Positions 14,093 to 29,725 of a stretch of DNA of 64,000 nt are shown one piece after another. The first letter of the stretch is position 1. The number at the start of each line of letters is the position of its first letter. This stretch comes from Eledone cirrhosa (Eukaryota), in NCBI GenBank assembly GCA_964016885.1, contig OZ024743.1, positions 62,682,001 to 62,746,000 of the forward strand, read 5' to 3'. The position numbers and the translations under genes were made by a program. Below the pieces are notes generated by a model. It was not told the DNA's origin, searched no databases, and was given only the letters and a program-made list of their open reading frames with translations.

Positions 14093-16084
14093 TATAACAA
14101 ACTACTGGTGTGTATGAATATAACAAAGACGATTGGTTTGTGTGTATAATATTTAATTAACAATTTGTGGATATATAGAACAGTATAGTTGACATGTCAA
14201 TGAATAGATGAAAGAATGAAGCAAAGTTATTAGTTACCGTTGGATCGCCAGGCGAACGCGCCTGGGCGAAGACGGCTGGCTGAGGCCAAGAGCCGGAAAG
14301 GCAAATGAGAGATAGGGAGCTTAACGTTATTAGTTTAATAGGGTTCTGACCGGAAGTTACAGAAAGGGTTCTACTTCCTGTCTAGAGAGCGTTAATCTAT
14401 TGGGGATGTGAGTGTCACAACAAGGGAGGCAACTCCTGCTACATTATCTCCCGCCAGATTTTTAAAATATAAAAATCGAATGAAATATGTATGTAGTAAG
14501 TTGGCGAGAATGTTCTAACAGGCATGAAAATTACGAAAAAAAATAATGTTTGCAAATATCAATGATGGATATCAAGGTAGCCAACCGCTCTTGGCCAGAG
14601 AACGACTGGACATCTATCTATCCATCACCCAAAGATACAATGTAATGAAAGTAAGAGAAGAGCTCAAAGTTCAAAATTCTGTTCACAGGTGTGCAATCAT
14701 ATGACAGCAGGAAAGAAAGTGTGTTCCAGAGAATGAATGCAGGTGGTTTCTGTTCTGTGGTGTAACGTGAAATTTCCAACCTCCGAATGGATTTTCTCAC
14801 AGGAAGAGTGCTGCAAAAATAAATTCTCTGGCTTGTTCTGCTGGTTTTGGTTGTTGATGAAGCTGTGTTGCTGTTGATGTTGTCTCGCGGAGTGAGCGTA
14901 TTCGATGTTTAAATTCACAATAAAAAAAAATTTTAAGAAAAAATGAGTTGCGCAAAGTGCTAGAAATAACAGCCGAAGTTGATGGTCGATGTCGAGAATG
15001 CGTTGACCTGGAAGGGTCAAGAGGCCAGCGACCAAAGAAATAAACATTCTGAATAAATGCGCAGTTTTCAACGGCAAATTTACGTGATAAATTTTTAAAC
15101 CGGCAAATAGGAGAATATAGCTTAAGGCTGTAGAATCCTTGGCGAGAAACGTTATCTCTGGCGTGTGGCTATCTCAGTGAATCGAGAATTGTGCAGCCTA
15201 CACGTGCCATTACAAGGTTAAGTTGAAAAAAATATATATATATTTCTATTGCGCGAGAAAATGGCGCGAAAATGATAGTGCAACAGGTCGTTGGCAGCCA
15301 TTTTGAAAAAATGTGTGTGTGAAAGTGACAATGATGAAAAAGAAAGAAAGGCTTCACTTAGTATAACAAATATGGCGAGTTCAATTTTTCTTTTGTGAAC
15401 GATGAAAAAAAGCAATAGTTGAGATTCATCGAAAATAAATGTTCATGTTGGAATGTTTAAAAAAAAAAAAATCAAATTTCTTTTTTGGGGGGTTTGTTTT
15501 TGAAGTGTTCGTTGTAAGAAACGAAAAACATATATATATATACAGTGAAATGCGACAGTTAGTTGATGCGTGAGAGAAAAAGAGTCTGTCTGAACGAGAA
15601 ATTCACATGTGCGTGTGTTCGTTTCTTTGACTGCGTATTTTCAGTTTGTCAATAAAATTTGCTGTGTATTCGTAATGTTACTCACACAATACCAGATACT
15701 GCCATTTTTTTCTTTTTTTCGGGGTCACCACTTATAACAAAATACTGGGTGTGTATGAATATAACAAAGACGATTGGTTTGTGTGTATAATATTTAATTA
15801 ACAATTTGTGGATATATAGAACAGTATAGTTGACATGTCAATGAATAGATGAAAGAATGAAGCAAAGTTATTAGTTACCGTTGGGTCGCCAGGCGAACGC
15901 ACCTGGGCGAAGACGGCTGGCCGAGGCCAAGAGCCGGAAAGGCAAATGAGAGATAGGGAGCTTAACGTTATTAGTTTTATAGGTTTCTGACCGGAAGTTA
16001 CAGAAAGGGTTCTACTTCCTGTCTAGAGAGCGTTAATCTATTGGGGATGTGAGTGTCACAACAAGAGAGGCAACTCCTGCTACA
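14093..16084 (-). mobile_element. Non-autonomous LTR retrotransposon (TRIM/LARD-like, Gypsy-type), ~351-bp LTRs
   Basis: Direct repeats 14093-14443 and 15733-16084 (TG...TA on minus); 4-bp TSD AGCT on both sides; PBS TGGTGACCCCG (15720-15730, tRNA-Trp-like); PPT GGCGGGGAGATAA (14444-14456). Confidence 0.88.
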
Positions 16085-16523
16085 AGCTCAACAATGCAAT
16101 GTGTTTTGTCAATGAAACGGTCTGTATAATTTATGATCAATATATCCTTTTATTCCCCGAAGAGTATTTCAGATTCTTCCAATTTTGGTTATTCCAATAA
16201 TTTGTAATAACCTCTGTTGTTTCTTCTGAGTTCGAAACCATGATCGAGAGATGTTTATATAAGTGAGACTATCTTAATTTTGTCTGTCTGGCTTATACTC
16301 CCATAAATAGAGGGGGGGGGGGGGTTATCATCGACAAAAATTTTTTTACCATAGATAAAAGTCGATAGAAATCGATAAAAATCTTCGATAGGTTTCTGGG
16401 ACTCAGAAGGTGCACCACGAGTTGCACAATGCATATGCATGTCGTAAGTGCACCTAGTTATGGAACCGGAAATCCTTTCCTCAGCACGTGTTCGTTCAAT
16501 ATTATCCTTCAATATAAATATAT

Positions 16524-16592
<69 letters not shown>

Positions 16593-18580
16593 ATTCAGGG
16601 CACGACAAGTCTGGAATTTGATGTCGAAACGGCAAGAGCTCAGCCGTTGGATTCTACTGTCTACTATCCCATGTACCAAGTACTCTGCTGAATTATGGTC
16701 TTACCTGTTTAAACCAGCATAATCCTGATCTCTCTCTCTCTCTCTACATACATGCATACATGGTAACGAATCTCCCTAAGCCACAGTAAATGCCAGTACT
16801 GACACCTACTTAAGACGGTGTTGGAAAGAGAAAACATTTGATGAATTACCGTTCAACTTTTCTGGAATTCGGTCAAGAAGAACAAAATTCGGAGAAAAGC
16901 AAAAAAATAACGTCTGAGATTGGAAGCAGACTGGGATAAAAATAAGAAATAATCCGCCGCCGCCACCACCACCACCACCATCACCAAGCAAAAATCATAA
17001 ACGCGCGCACACACACATACTCTTGGGTCTCGAATAATCGGCCCCCACCCCACTTATTAATTTTTCAGAACCCCACCACCACCACCACCACCACCACCCC
17101 ACCCACACACACACACACACACCTTCTTATTCCACCACCACCCACCCCGCTTATTAAATTTTGCTAATCTATCTTCGGCGAAATTTTATTTTAAGTGGTA
17201 GCATTTCTGCGACAATTAATTTTCTTTATACATTAAAAAAAAACATATATAACAAAAGAAAAACATAAGTTATAAAATAAATAGGATGGGTTGGGGGGTC
17301 CCAATATGCAAACTAAACGACTAATTCTGTTTTTTTTTTAAATTAACCTAGAAAAATTACCGATTAACCTAGACAAATTACCGATTTTTTACAAGTGCCA
17401 CCCCCTATTATTTGAGACCCGAGAGTAGGTGCAGACATGACCGTATGGTTAAGAAGTTCGCTTTTCATACACGTGGTTCTGGGTTCAGTCTCACTGCACA
17501 GTGGCACTTTGGGCAAGTGTTTTCTATTATATAGCTGTGGATTGACCAATGATTATCTTGTAAGTGGAATTTAATAGACGGGAACTACAGAAGCCCGTCT
17601 TACACACATACACATACATACACACATGCATACATACATATACACACACACACATATATACACACACACATACATGATGGCTGCAACTCGATTTCGAATA
17701 AAACCATCACTTAATACTTAAGCATGAACATCACGGACGTGGCTTTTTAATCCTGTTAAGGACTTGCCTATGGCCAGCAATGCCATGTATCGCAAAAAAT
17801 GTCACATATCAAGCGATGCCTGTGTTTGAAGCTTTTTTTAAGTGAGGAAAAGCTTTTCACGGGGCCAGTCCCACTCTTTAAACATCGAATGCATTTACCC
17901 CAAAAGTAGAACTGGTCTACATCATTGGATGCAAACGAAGTCGCATGTTTTATATCAGAGTGACCTTCTCCTAAAGTGATGTCTTAATGAAGACTAGGAG
18001 TCTCTCACTCCACAAAAAAAGTACTTTATTGCATGGCCGTTGACTCTCCTGAGTTCTTCCACACTTTGACAGGTTTATCATTACGCAGGGTGTCCCAAAT
18101 CACCCTCCCCACCAAGCAAGCTAGGCGGGGAGGGTTTAGTCACCGAAGGGGTTGCCCGTTTAGTTACCGAAGACCCAATTATGCACAGGTTGTACTGGGT
18201 TAAATATTACCAGTAGCGCTGAAGAGCGACCTGACATACACACACACACGCACACACACACACATACATACATACATACAAGTACAATCCATTAATGGAA
18301 CAGTAAAAATAGGTAAAACATTCCAAAAAATGTGCATCTAATAACTGCATATACACATGTACAGATACAAAGCATATACACATGCACACATACAACTCAA
18401 AACATACACATGCACACATACAACTCAAAACATCTACATCCACACATACAATAACATCCACATCTACACATGCATGCATACATAATCTACCTAGTTGATG
18501 TGTAAATTCCAATGAGAGAGTCTTGTGTCTATGTTAGAAACCGACTCTCTCTCTACTGGGGGGAAAAAATGTGTGAAATC

Positions 18581-18611
<31 letters not shown>

Positions 18612-19408
18612 AGTCGAGGAATTTAGGAACAGTTTAGGTATGATACATTTTATTACTAATTATATCTAAATGTTTCTTCTCTCTTCATAATATATATATA
18701 TATATATATATATGCATACATACATGATGGCTCAAACTCTGGTAAGAGTATTGCAATCGCTTGTCAGATTACAGAAACTAGTGCACTTTTAGGCTATGGC
18801 CAGCCTGTGCTTTGAAGGTTTTTTAAGTGAGGAAGGCCTTGCATTCGACCAATCCCACTCTCTGAGCATCGAAAACACTACCCGAAAAGGAGAACTAGTC
18901 AACATCATCGGATGCTTTTTTTTTTCAGCGTTTCCCTCTCCTAGAAAGGTGATGTGACAACAACTGGGGGGCCTTTCACTCCCAGGTAAGAAAAAGAAAA
19001 AAAAAAGTACTATATGGATGTCCATTGCCCCTGCCGATTGTTCCTCCGCCCTTTGCCGGGTCTTGTCTTTCATCCCGCAGGGTGTCCAAAAATCACTCTT
19101 CTCACCAAGCCAGCTGCCCTTCCTAACACCAACCTCATTTACAGTGAGTGCTGGGTGCTTTTTTGCCGTACACCACAACCACTTTGCTGTGGAATGATAG
19201 GGACCCCAGTCCCCATCATCTCATTTCTACAGCTGAGTAAACTGGAGCAATGTGAAATAAAGTGTCTTGCTCAAGGAAACAACACATCACCCAGTCTGAG
19301 AATTGAACTCACAACCTTTCGATTGCAAGGCCAATGCTCTAACCATATATATATATATATATATATATATAAGATTAAGAAAGATGCTGTGATTATATAA
19401 ATCGTTTA

Positions 19409-19499
19409 TTCATTATAGTTATTTCAATGGTTCCCTTATGCAAACTAAGATGTAGTATATGCATTTGTTGTTGGTATAGGCACGATATCTTCAGATGAA
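19409..19499 (-). ncRNA. Hammerhead ribozyme (type I) with long stem II
   Basis: Minus strand: TTCAT CTGAAGA [~62 nt] GAAA TAACTA TA ATGAA; stem I TTCAT/ATGAA. Confidence 0.65.
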
Positions 19500-19580
19500 A
19501 AATCTCTTTATGTGATATGCTGCGGGCAAAAAATAAAAGTTTATCTTCTTGCGTTCCCAGACGCGTGTCTACGTGTTAAA

Positions 19581-19673
19581 ACATATCTGAGGAGGCTTCC
19601 GATTCAAGGGCCAGGTTCGATCAATAATAGATCGTTCCTCGAGCTGATCGAGAATGAAATATATGTAATATGT
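19581..19673 (+). ncRNA. Hammerhead ribozyme (type I) with branched stem-II insertion
   Basis: ACATAT CTGAGGA [~62 nt] GAAA TATATG TA ATATGT; stem I ACATAT/ATATGT. Confidence 0.65.
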
Positions 19674-19715
19674 AATTAAATATGTATATGATGCAACACT
19701 GTTTCTTTGTTCCCT

Positions 19716-19834
<119 letters not shown>

Positions 19835-20265
19835 ATCATCAGAGCCTAAAAAAAATTCTTTATAACATATTAACTCATATATATATATATATATATCGGT
19901 ATGTTTACTTCGTTTTTTCGTTTATTCCTTTTTTATTCTTCTTCCCTTGTTCTTTCTTCCTCTCTCTTCACTATCACTTCTTTCCCTCATGGCCTTTTGA
20001 TGGATAAAAGGCCATGGGCGCGCTACGAATCGATGTTTTGTTTTAAGCGCCGAAACATTTAAAATCCGTAGTAAACAGCTGACGAAGGGAAACTTTTCTT
20101 CTCTTGTTTACGTCCCGATTACCTTCTAACACTTCGTTTTTAGTAACCACACAGCTTCACCTCTTTACCTGTATTTTTGTATTTACTGCTGTGACCTCCT
20201 CTCTACCTGTCTTGCCCGATTTGTTGTCCGGCGGACTTATGTCCCACCACGCTTTCAGATCGACT

Positions 20266-20369
<104 letters not shown>

Positions 20370-20479
20370 ATTTGCTTCTTTTCGGCCTGGTCGCACGTGC
20401 GTCATAAACCCCTTTTGGATTAACTCCCTCCCCCCCTCTCTCTCTCTATCCCTCTTACTCACCCCCTCTGTCCTCTACC

Positions 20480-20841
20480 CCCTCTCACTTCCGGTTTCTC
20501 CCTCTCTCTACACTCACTTTACTGAGATCGCTACGGAAAAACCTTGCTCTTCAGTTAATACGGCCACTGGGCTTATATCCATCGGCTCGTATTTGGCTGC
20601 GCTTTCTAGCAACCAGCCTGCTCGCCGTCAGGCACCAATCACAAACTTTCTGACTTGACCACTGGCCATGTGACAATTCTTAGCCATTTTGAATTCGTTT
20701 CTGGCGGGGATCATTTAAGAAAAATCTTTGTCCAATTAAGTTTGTTTCCTGATGATTTCGAAACTCATTGATTTATCCATGATCGGATATTTCCAAAAAG
20801 CGAATGAAAACTCCAGGGGTAGAAACATGATTTTGGTATGT
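20480..20841 (+). promoter_or_regulatory. Candidate promoter and first non-coding exon (possibly of the 32454 LicD gene)
   Basis: CpG-richer island with CTTCCGG (ETS-like), CCAATCA, GCCATTTT (YY1-like) and donor G|GTATGT at 20835/20836. Confidence 0.35.
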
Positions 20842-21402
20842 TTATGTGCATTTTTTCTTCTAACTTTGATTTTGTACCTAATTGTGTATGGTTAACTATA
20901 TGTCTAGTTAATTTCTACGGGCTATTAGAAATACTAGGTAAATCTTCTGTGGCTGTGGATCGCGGATAAAATAGCTATCATTTATTTATCTATTGTTTCT
21001 TCATAGGTACATTTTAAACATATAGCCTCGTTTAATTGATTTTTTATGTGGTTGATTATGCTGATTGGGAGAAGAAATACTGTATATATTTTATCAAATA
21101 ATTCTATGGACTTACTTTCTTATATATATATATATATATACGGAAAAAATGAAACGAAATTTCATTTCCCACTCTTAGTACGGCTGTTACTTAAATATAA
21201 GTATGTATACGTACATACATATATGTATACAGACGTACAGTAGTATGTATATATATATACATACATGCACACATATATATATGTACGTATGGATTCACCA
21301 AACATTTATTATAATGCTCGGTGTGTTTGTAAACAAACATCCCGTATAAAGCCGCAGTGTCTAGCAACCACCGTTGCTCGTCTGTTCAACCCTGACAAAG
21401 GA

Positions 21403-21445
21403 ACGCTGTACTAGTTTCAAGATTATTAGCTATCGTCAGCAACGT
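21403..21445 (-). ncRNA. Minimal hammerhead ribozyme
   Basis: Minus strand: ACGTTG CTGACGA TAGCTAATAATCTT GAAA CTAG TA CAGCGT; palindromic stem III CTAG, GUA site. Confidence 0.75.
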
Positions 21446-21569
21446 ATACCTTCCTGCCAGATTGTTGAACGTCCGAAAGTATATACTTTCCTTATGCATA
21501 TTAACGACTGAGCAGCCTAATTTGCATATCGAGTGGGTTAATCGGCCGGGTGCACCGAAAACGATAAAC

Positions 21570-21619
<50 letters not shown>

Positions 21620-21620
<1 letters not shown>

Positions 21621-21981
21621 GATATTAAATAAATGGAAACTATATTTATAAAACCATATTTATTTCATTATATATATTTCAGGGATATCATATTAAAAAT
21701 ATGGTATGCCTTCTTCAGACAAAATACAATATAAACAGTCTTATAAATCGATAGATTTGACATACCTTACAGCTTCAACTTCCATTTAAAAAGTTGATTT
21801 GGTAGTGAAAAATGTTAGGGACAGTTATAAAAAGAAAGAAAAAAAAAGCGAAGAAAAAGAAGAAATGCATGCAACTAAATAGAGAGAGATATAGATATAG
21901 AGAGATAGATAGAGAGAAGAAATTCATGTAAAGAAACAGAGAGAGATAGATAGAGAGAGAAAAACACAGAGGGAGATAGAT

Positions 21982-22015
<34 letters not shown>

Positions 22016-25000
22016 AAAAAAATAGAGAGATAGATATAGATAGAGATAGAGAGAAAGAATAGGTAGTTGGGCACCAGTTGAATGACGTATCAATGATATA
22101 TTTATTTATTTATTTATTTAGTTCTAGTATTAAGGTAGAGAGAGATATATGTGGTTAGGAGAGAAAACAGCCGTTACATAGAGAGAAAAGAAAAATATCC
22201 AGATATAAACGAGGCAGATTTAAAACATTATGTTTCATCAATGTAAAAATATCAATTCGTATGAATTAGGTATTATAATGTAAATATCAGTATTCATGAA
22301 TGAGACACGTATCAATAATGTGTGAAAAATAATGATCATATGTCTAGTTTAAAATTCCTAGGTTTATATCAGAGTTGAGATAAAAAAATTGAGATAAAAA
22401 AAAAAACCGAGATAAAAAACTGAGATAAAAAAACTGAGATAAAAAACTTCAAAAAAAACTTCAAAAAAATTGAAATGCATAAGTATATATGCACTTTCAT
22501 GAAAAAAGAAAGAAAAAGAAAATAGAAGGTTATCCCAGATTCGATACTATAGACTTCCAAGTGAATTTACGTGATCAACTCTGCAAATTCCTATTTCACA
22601 TGAAAACATTCTCATTGTGCTATAAAAATTCTAGTATACATATATGTGTACATACACACAGATATATATAGAATCTACATTAATTTTAACAATACTATTC
22701 TTGTCTTTACTCTACATGATTATCGTTCAAGCATAAATAGACAACAGATATCAATATATCAATAAAAATATCAAAAAATAAAAAAATATTAAAAATAAAA
22801 AAATAAAACACAGTATGCCCCGCAAATCAACCACAGAGATCAACCCTTCAAAATTAATTGACAATATATTGCCAAGTTCATTATAAGCATCAGAATCAAA
22901 AGCAAACAAAACCAAAATTATTTACCAAATCCTGTCTAGCAGAAATCATTCCAAAAGTTTAGGATACCCATTTGATCTACAGATGGTCTTATATTTATTA
23001 TAGAAGTTTATCTAGTGTAAAATTTATTCGATATATTTGGAGCATCAGCTTTTAGGGTAGTTTAATTATTCATGAAGAATGTTTAAAAAAAGAAATCGAA
23101 AGATTTATCGGCGAGTTTCATAAATAATTATAAATCAAAGTAAATATACTACATTTTAAATTTATATTTATATTTAAAAGTTGAGTTCAATCTATGTCTG
23201 CAGCAACTGAATAAATTTGTCCGTAAATTAAGGGAATTTTTAGATTTTAGTATAAAGAACATCTCCTCCGCGCAGAGGTCACATGTCTCAGAGGATGAAT
23301 TAAAAGGAATCCCTCTTGAGACTATATTCCAAGCCGTCGAATATCCAACGTTATCATGCTTAAGTTGCCAGAGTAAGCCTGATAGTGATGTTGAAGATTT
23401 TTTGCTTGGATCTGTGAAAGAATTCTTGTGGTTATTATAGCGAAGTTTAAATTCTGTCGAGGTGGAACCAACATAGTTAAAAGAATTTAAGTCCGTTTTA
23501 ACATTACAGTTGTATATTATATTTTTAACTAAGCAATTGTTATTTAACGGACATTTAGATCTATCTCTACAGTTACATTTGTTTACTTGGATATTATTTA
23601 GGCTATTATCGGTATTTTGGCTAGGTTTTAAATTCCTATTATTTATTCTATTAATATTTTGTGCTAAATTTTTGGTGGATGAGTAAGTTAATTTTATAGT
23701 ATGTCTATTGAAAATTGAGTGATACCTATGTGTTCTAGGGAAGCGATTATCAAGAGCATTAAAAAATAGTTTAGCGATGTGGGTTTTAATGTTTAGTGAG
23801 AAAGGGGGGCAAACTATATTATATTCCTAGTTCTATTTCTTTTTTGGCTTTTGGAATTATTGTAATGCTTTCTATTATAGTTGTTAAAGTTGTTGCCGTA
23901 ATTAAAATTGTTGTTATTTTGGTTAGTTTGTCTATTATTATCTATGTACATAATGTTATCACTATATCCTGCTCTGGCTAACGCTTCATTGTAATACTGG
24001 GCTTTTTCGTCGAAAATCTTTTTATTAGATGAGATTCTAGAGATACGTTTTTGAACAGAGTTCACTATAGTATTTTTAACAGATCTGGGTGGTTAGAGTT
24101 AAAACTGACATAGTTTAAGTTTTCATTCAACTTGTGAAATGGATAGTGAAGACATGTGTTGAGATTTAATGTTACATCTAGGAAATTGACTATTCTATAG
24201 TTATTCTCAATTTCTATTTTTAGATTAAAGAAATTAAAAAATTGTGTAATTTGTTTTCTTTTTCTATTTAGTTCAGAGTTATTATTTTCAATAAGTAAAA
24301 GCATGTCATCTCTATATAAACCTCCGGTAGCACCGGGTATTTTCCTATGCAACGAATTGATTATAAATAGGCCCACAAGGTCAGTTACCTGAGCTGAGTC
24401 GGATGATCCCATAGTAATGTCGAAATTGTTATCTCTATCTGCTCTGGTCCATAGTTGGTCATTAAATTCTATCAATGTTTTCCTAGCCGATAATATAATG
24501 TGCATTTCATTGCTAGTTAGGTCTGTATGTTTGAATGCGTAATTTAGTGCCTTATTTAGTAGATTAGGGGTAATAGATGAATAATAGTTAGCAATATCTA
24601 GTTGAATAAATTTATTATTATTGTTATATTTAATTTCTTTAAACCACTCAATAACCTCTCCAGTTCCCTTCCACAAGCTCAAGTTAGGTAAACAATTCAA
24701 GTTTTTAATTTGCTGTATCACCCTGTCTAGAATGTTTTTGCTTAGTTTACCCAGGTCAGATTTTGATGGTGCAATCAATCTGACTGGCAGGTCATTTTCA
24801 AAATTTCTTTTGTGATCTTTCATATTGATCTTCGGTTTCCTGGGCACGAAAGGTTGTGTTCTGTTCTCAATTTCCAACTCATGCATTATACAAGATGCCT
24901 CAACATTCATTTTCTCAAGCTCGGCCTTATCTGCTACCTTGTACTTTTTCCTCAGTTCTTTCAGTATGAGGCCATTATACATGTCTTTTTGCACTCCATA

Positions 25001-25503
25001 GAGGTTGTTGGTCTTGTCAGATTTCACCAAGATCTTCTCAGTTTTCTCTAAGCTCTCAATATTATCCTTTAATGCCTTTCAGATATTCCTGGCCTTTGAA
25101 GTTTCTCTTGAATTTGACTCCTTGTATGATAGAAATTATATCGTTTTCAAAGTCAAATAAAAGTTTGTTGGGGGGTGGATTTTTTTTAGATTTGAAAACT
25201 TTGTCTAAGTCCGAGACATTTTCATTTATATTAGATTTATCAAAGTGGAATGCACGCCACCTGATTCTCCTTATAAAAGAGTCCGATTTATCTATTAATT
25301 GTTTAATAAAGTCTTTGTTTCTAGGTAGAGGTATGTCTTTTAAAGAGGAAGAAATCTTAAAGAATTCCATTTTTTCAGTTATAATATAAAGCGCTTAACA
25401 GTATTGGAGCAAGATATATGCAAAGTTTTATTTAAATTGTTGGGTTACAACGAGTAAATATTTATAACTGATATAAAAGCATTCAACAAGTATTTGGAGT
25501 ATA
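21620..25503 (-). mobile_element. Unit-length Penelope-like retroelement (RT + GIY-YIG endonuclease), disrupted, flanked by (TA)n
   Basis: ATG 25370; RT motifs FIQLDIANYYSSI, FDITMGSSD, GGLYRDDML (24065-25030); frameshifts near 25060 and 24065, TGG>TAG near 23814; then CNCR..CPL...IIY...YVG..FKLRYNNH GIY-YIG to ~23150; HHR at 3' end. Confidence 0.92.
21661..21726 (-). ncRNA. Hammerhead ribozyme, family A (3' end of unit-length PLE)
   Basis: TATTTTGT CTGAAGA AGG..hairpin..CCT GAAA TATATA TA ATGAAATA. Confidence 0.75.
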
Positions 25504-25508
25504 TTTGC

Positions 25509-25583
<75 letters not shown>

Positions 25584-25591
<8 letters not shown>

Positions 25592-25945
25592 AAGTGAGTC
25601 CTTCATCAGTGACCCTCCAACCGTCCCAGGCATTTCATCGCTTTAAGGGCCATATACCTCAGGTTGGTGCGAACAACGGCTAAAAAAAGTCGTTGGGACA
25701 CGTAAATAAAGAGAACGTTAGGGTGAACAAACAAAATGGTTTAGGCAACCATTTTGTTTGTTCACCCTAACGTTCTCTTTATTTACGTGTCCCAACGACT
25801 TTTTTTAGCCGTTGTTCGCACCAACCTGAGGTATATGGCCCTTAAAGCGATGAAATGCCTGGGACGGTTGGAGGGTCACTGATGAAGGACTCACTTTTTC
25901 ATATGTATCCCATTTGCAACGCCGCAGCTCCATTATTATCATATT

Positions 25946-25950
<5 letters not shown>
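25584..25950. repeat. Perfect 158-bp-arm fold-back (loop TAGGC) plus short tail, inside (TA)n
   Basis: 25584-25741 is the reverse complement of 25747-25904. Confidence 0.9.
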
Positions 25951-25995
<45 letters not shown>

Positions 25996-26346
25996 CGGGG
26001 GATTTGCAGGAAATATTTTAGTTGAGAATTTACCAATGGATATAATAAAAGCATCATCATCACCAAAACCGCCAAACTACCATCACAATCATTATTCTCA
26101 CCAACATCATTTCCTCTATCAGTGTACCCTTCCCCTTACTACCATCATCATTGTTACCACTGCTGTAACGACAACCGCCACCGTCGCCGCTGCTCTCAAT
26201 ACCACCACCATCATTATTATCACTGACATTCCCACTACTACTACACTGCCATCATCATCGTTATCAATAATTTGTCTGAAATTACATTGCTGCATCAGCA
26301 TTAATATACACGCTGTATGCTTACTCTCAAATACACACACATACAC

Positions 26347-27864
<1,518 letters not shown>

Positions 27865-27888
27865 ATTTTTTCTCTCTATATATATATA

Positions 27889-27992
<104 letters not shown>

Positions 27993-28090
27993 CATATATA
28001 TATATATACCAACACCCCACTCTCCAGAGCGTGAAATTAATAAACATTCGTTGTACTGCCTCTCTGTTTTGTCCCTGTTCAAATTTTTCC

Positions 28091-28165
<75 letters not shown>

Positions 28166-29004
28166 CACATATATATATATATAAACATTTCAAAAATCTA
28201 CAAAATATAAACAAGAATTGTAAGTTAAATTAACTCCATTTACTCATAGTCGCTGTTATCTATCTATCTATTTAGGGTGGGTAAAATTCCCGAGATCCAT
28301 GGACGAGTTCTCTCCAGTGGTCTCTGTCCTTCATCATCGCCTCCATGTCCTGCGTCTCCCAGAGACCAGTGTCTGTCCTTAGGGCATGAATATATGTCAA
28401 CCTCGGTCTCCCTCTTCTAGTGTGTCCGTGTAGGGGCTCCTACAGGAGCACTGAGTACAGTGTCAACTCTGAATGTCAGTGAGCATATCCAACTAACCTC
28501 AGTCTCCTCTGTGTTTGCGTATATGTGTATTATATGTGTATATATATATGTGTGTGTGTGTATGTGTATATATATATATGAATGTATTTATATATATAAA
28601 TGTATTAATATATATTATATGTAAAACATTCCAAAAATTCTGCAGCTAAATATACATCCATACCTGCACACACATGCTACCTAGTTGATGTTGTGTAAAT
28701 TCCAATGAGAGAGTATTGTATCTATGTTAGAAACCGATTCTTTCTCTAATGGCAAAAATTTGTGAAATTATAAAACCAGAAGAACATCCATATATATATA
28801 TATGTATGTATGTAAATATATACGTATATATATATATATATAATATGCATTTTATATAAATAGTATCCAATCTATATTATATATAATAATTTATTGCAGA
28901 ATATTTAAATTGTAGTTCTGAGTTTTCACCAAGTTTTAGTATATCTTAGTTTCATATTTCTAAATACATTAATTTATTTTATTAAAAGTTATTTTTTCAA
29001 ATTT

Positions 29005-29044
<40 letters not shown>

Positions 29045-29048
<4 letters not shown>

Positions 29049-29242
29049 AAAGTTTTATTTAAAATTGTTGGGTTACAACAAGTAAATATTTTATAACTGG
29101 TATAAAGCACTCGACAAGTTTTTGGAGTAGATATACGATATTAAACAAATGGAAACTATATTTATAAAACCATATTTATTTCATTATACATATTTCAGGG
29201 ATACCATATTAAAAATATGGCATGCCTTCGTCAGATAAAATA
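29045..29242 (-). mobile_element. Short PLE family-A terminal fragment with HHR (29177-29242) in (TA)n
   Basis: TATTTTAT CTGACGA AGG...CCT GAAA TATGTA TA ATGAAATA, followed by sequence matching 25419-25500. Confidence 0.8.
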
Positions 29243-29244
29243 TT

Positions 29245-29318
<74 letters not shown>

Positions 29319-29319
29319 C

Positions 29320-29725
<406 letters not shown>

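Noticed and set aside
14697-15077. 126-aa ORF as a host protein gene
   Set aside because: Lies inside the LTR element, no recognisable domain; kept only as part of the capture hypothesis.
19990-20120. CTGACGAAGGG and GCGCCGAAAC suggestive of another hammerhead
   Set aside because: Core elements are in the wrong order and I could not close all three stems.
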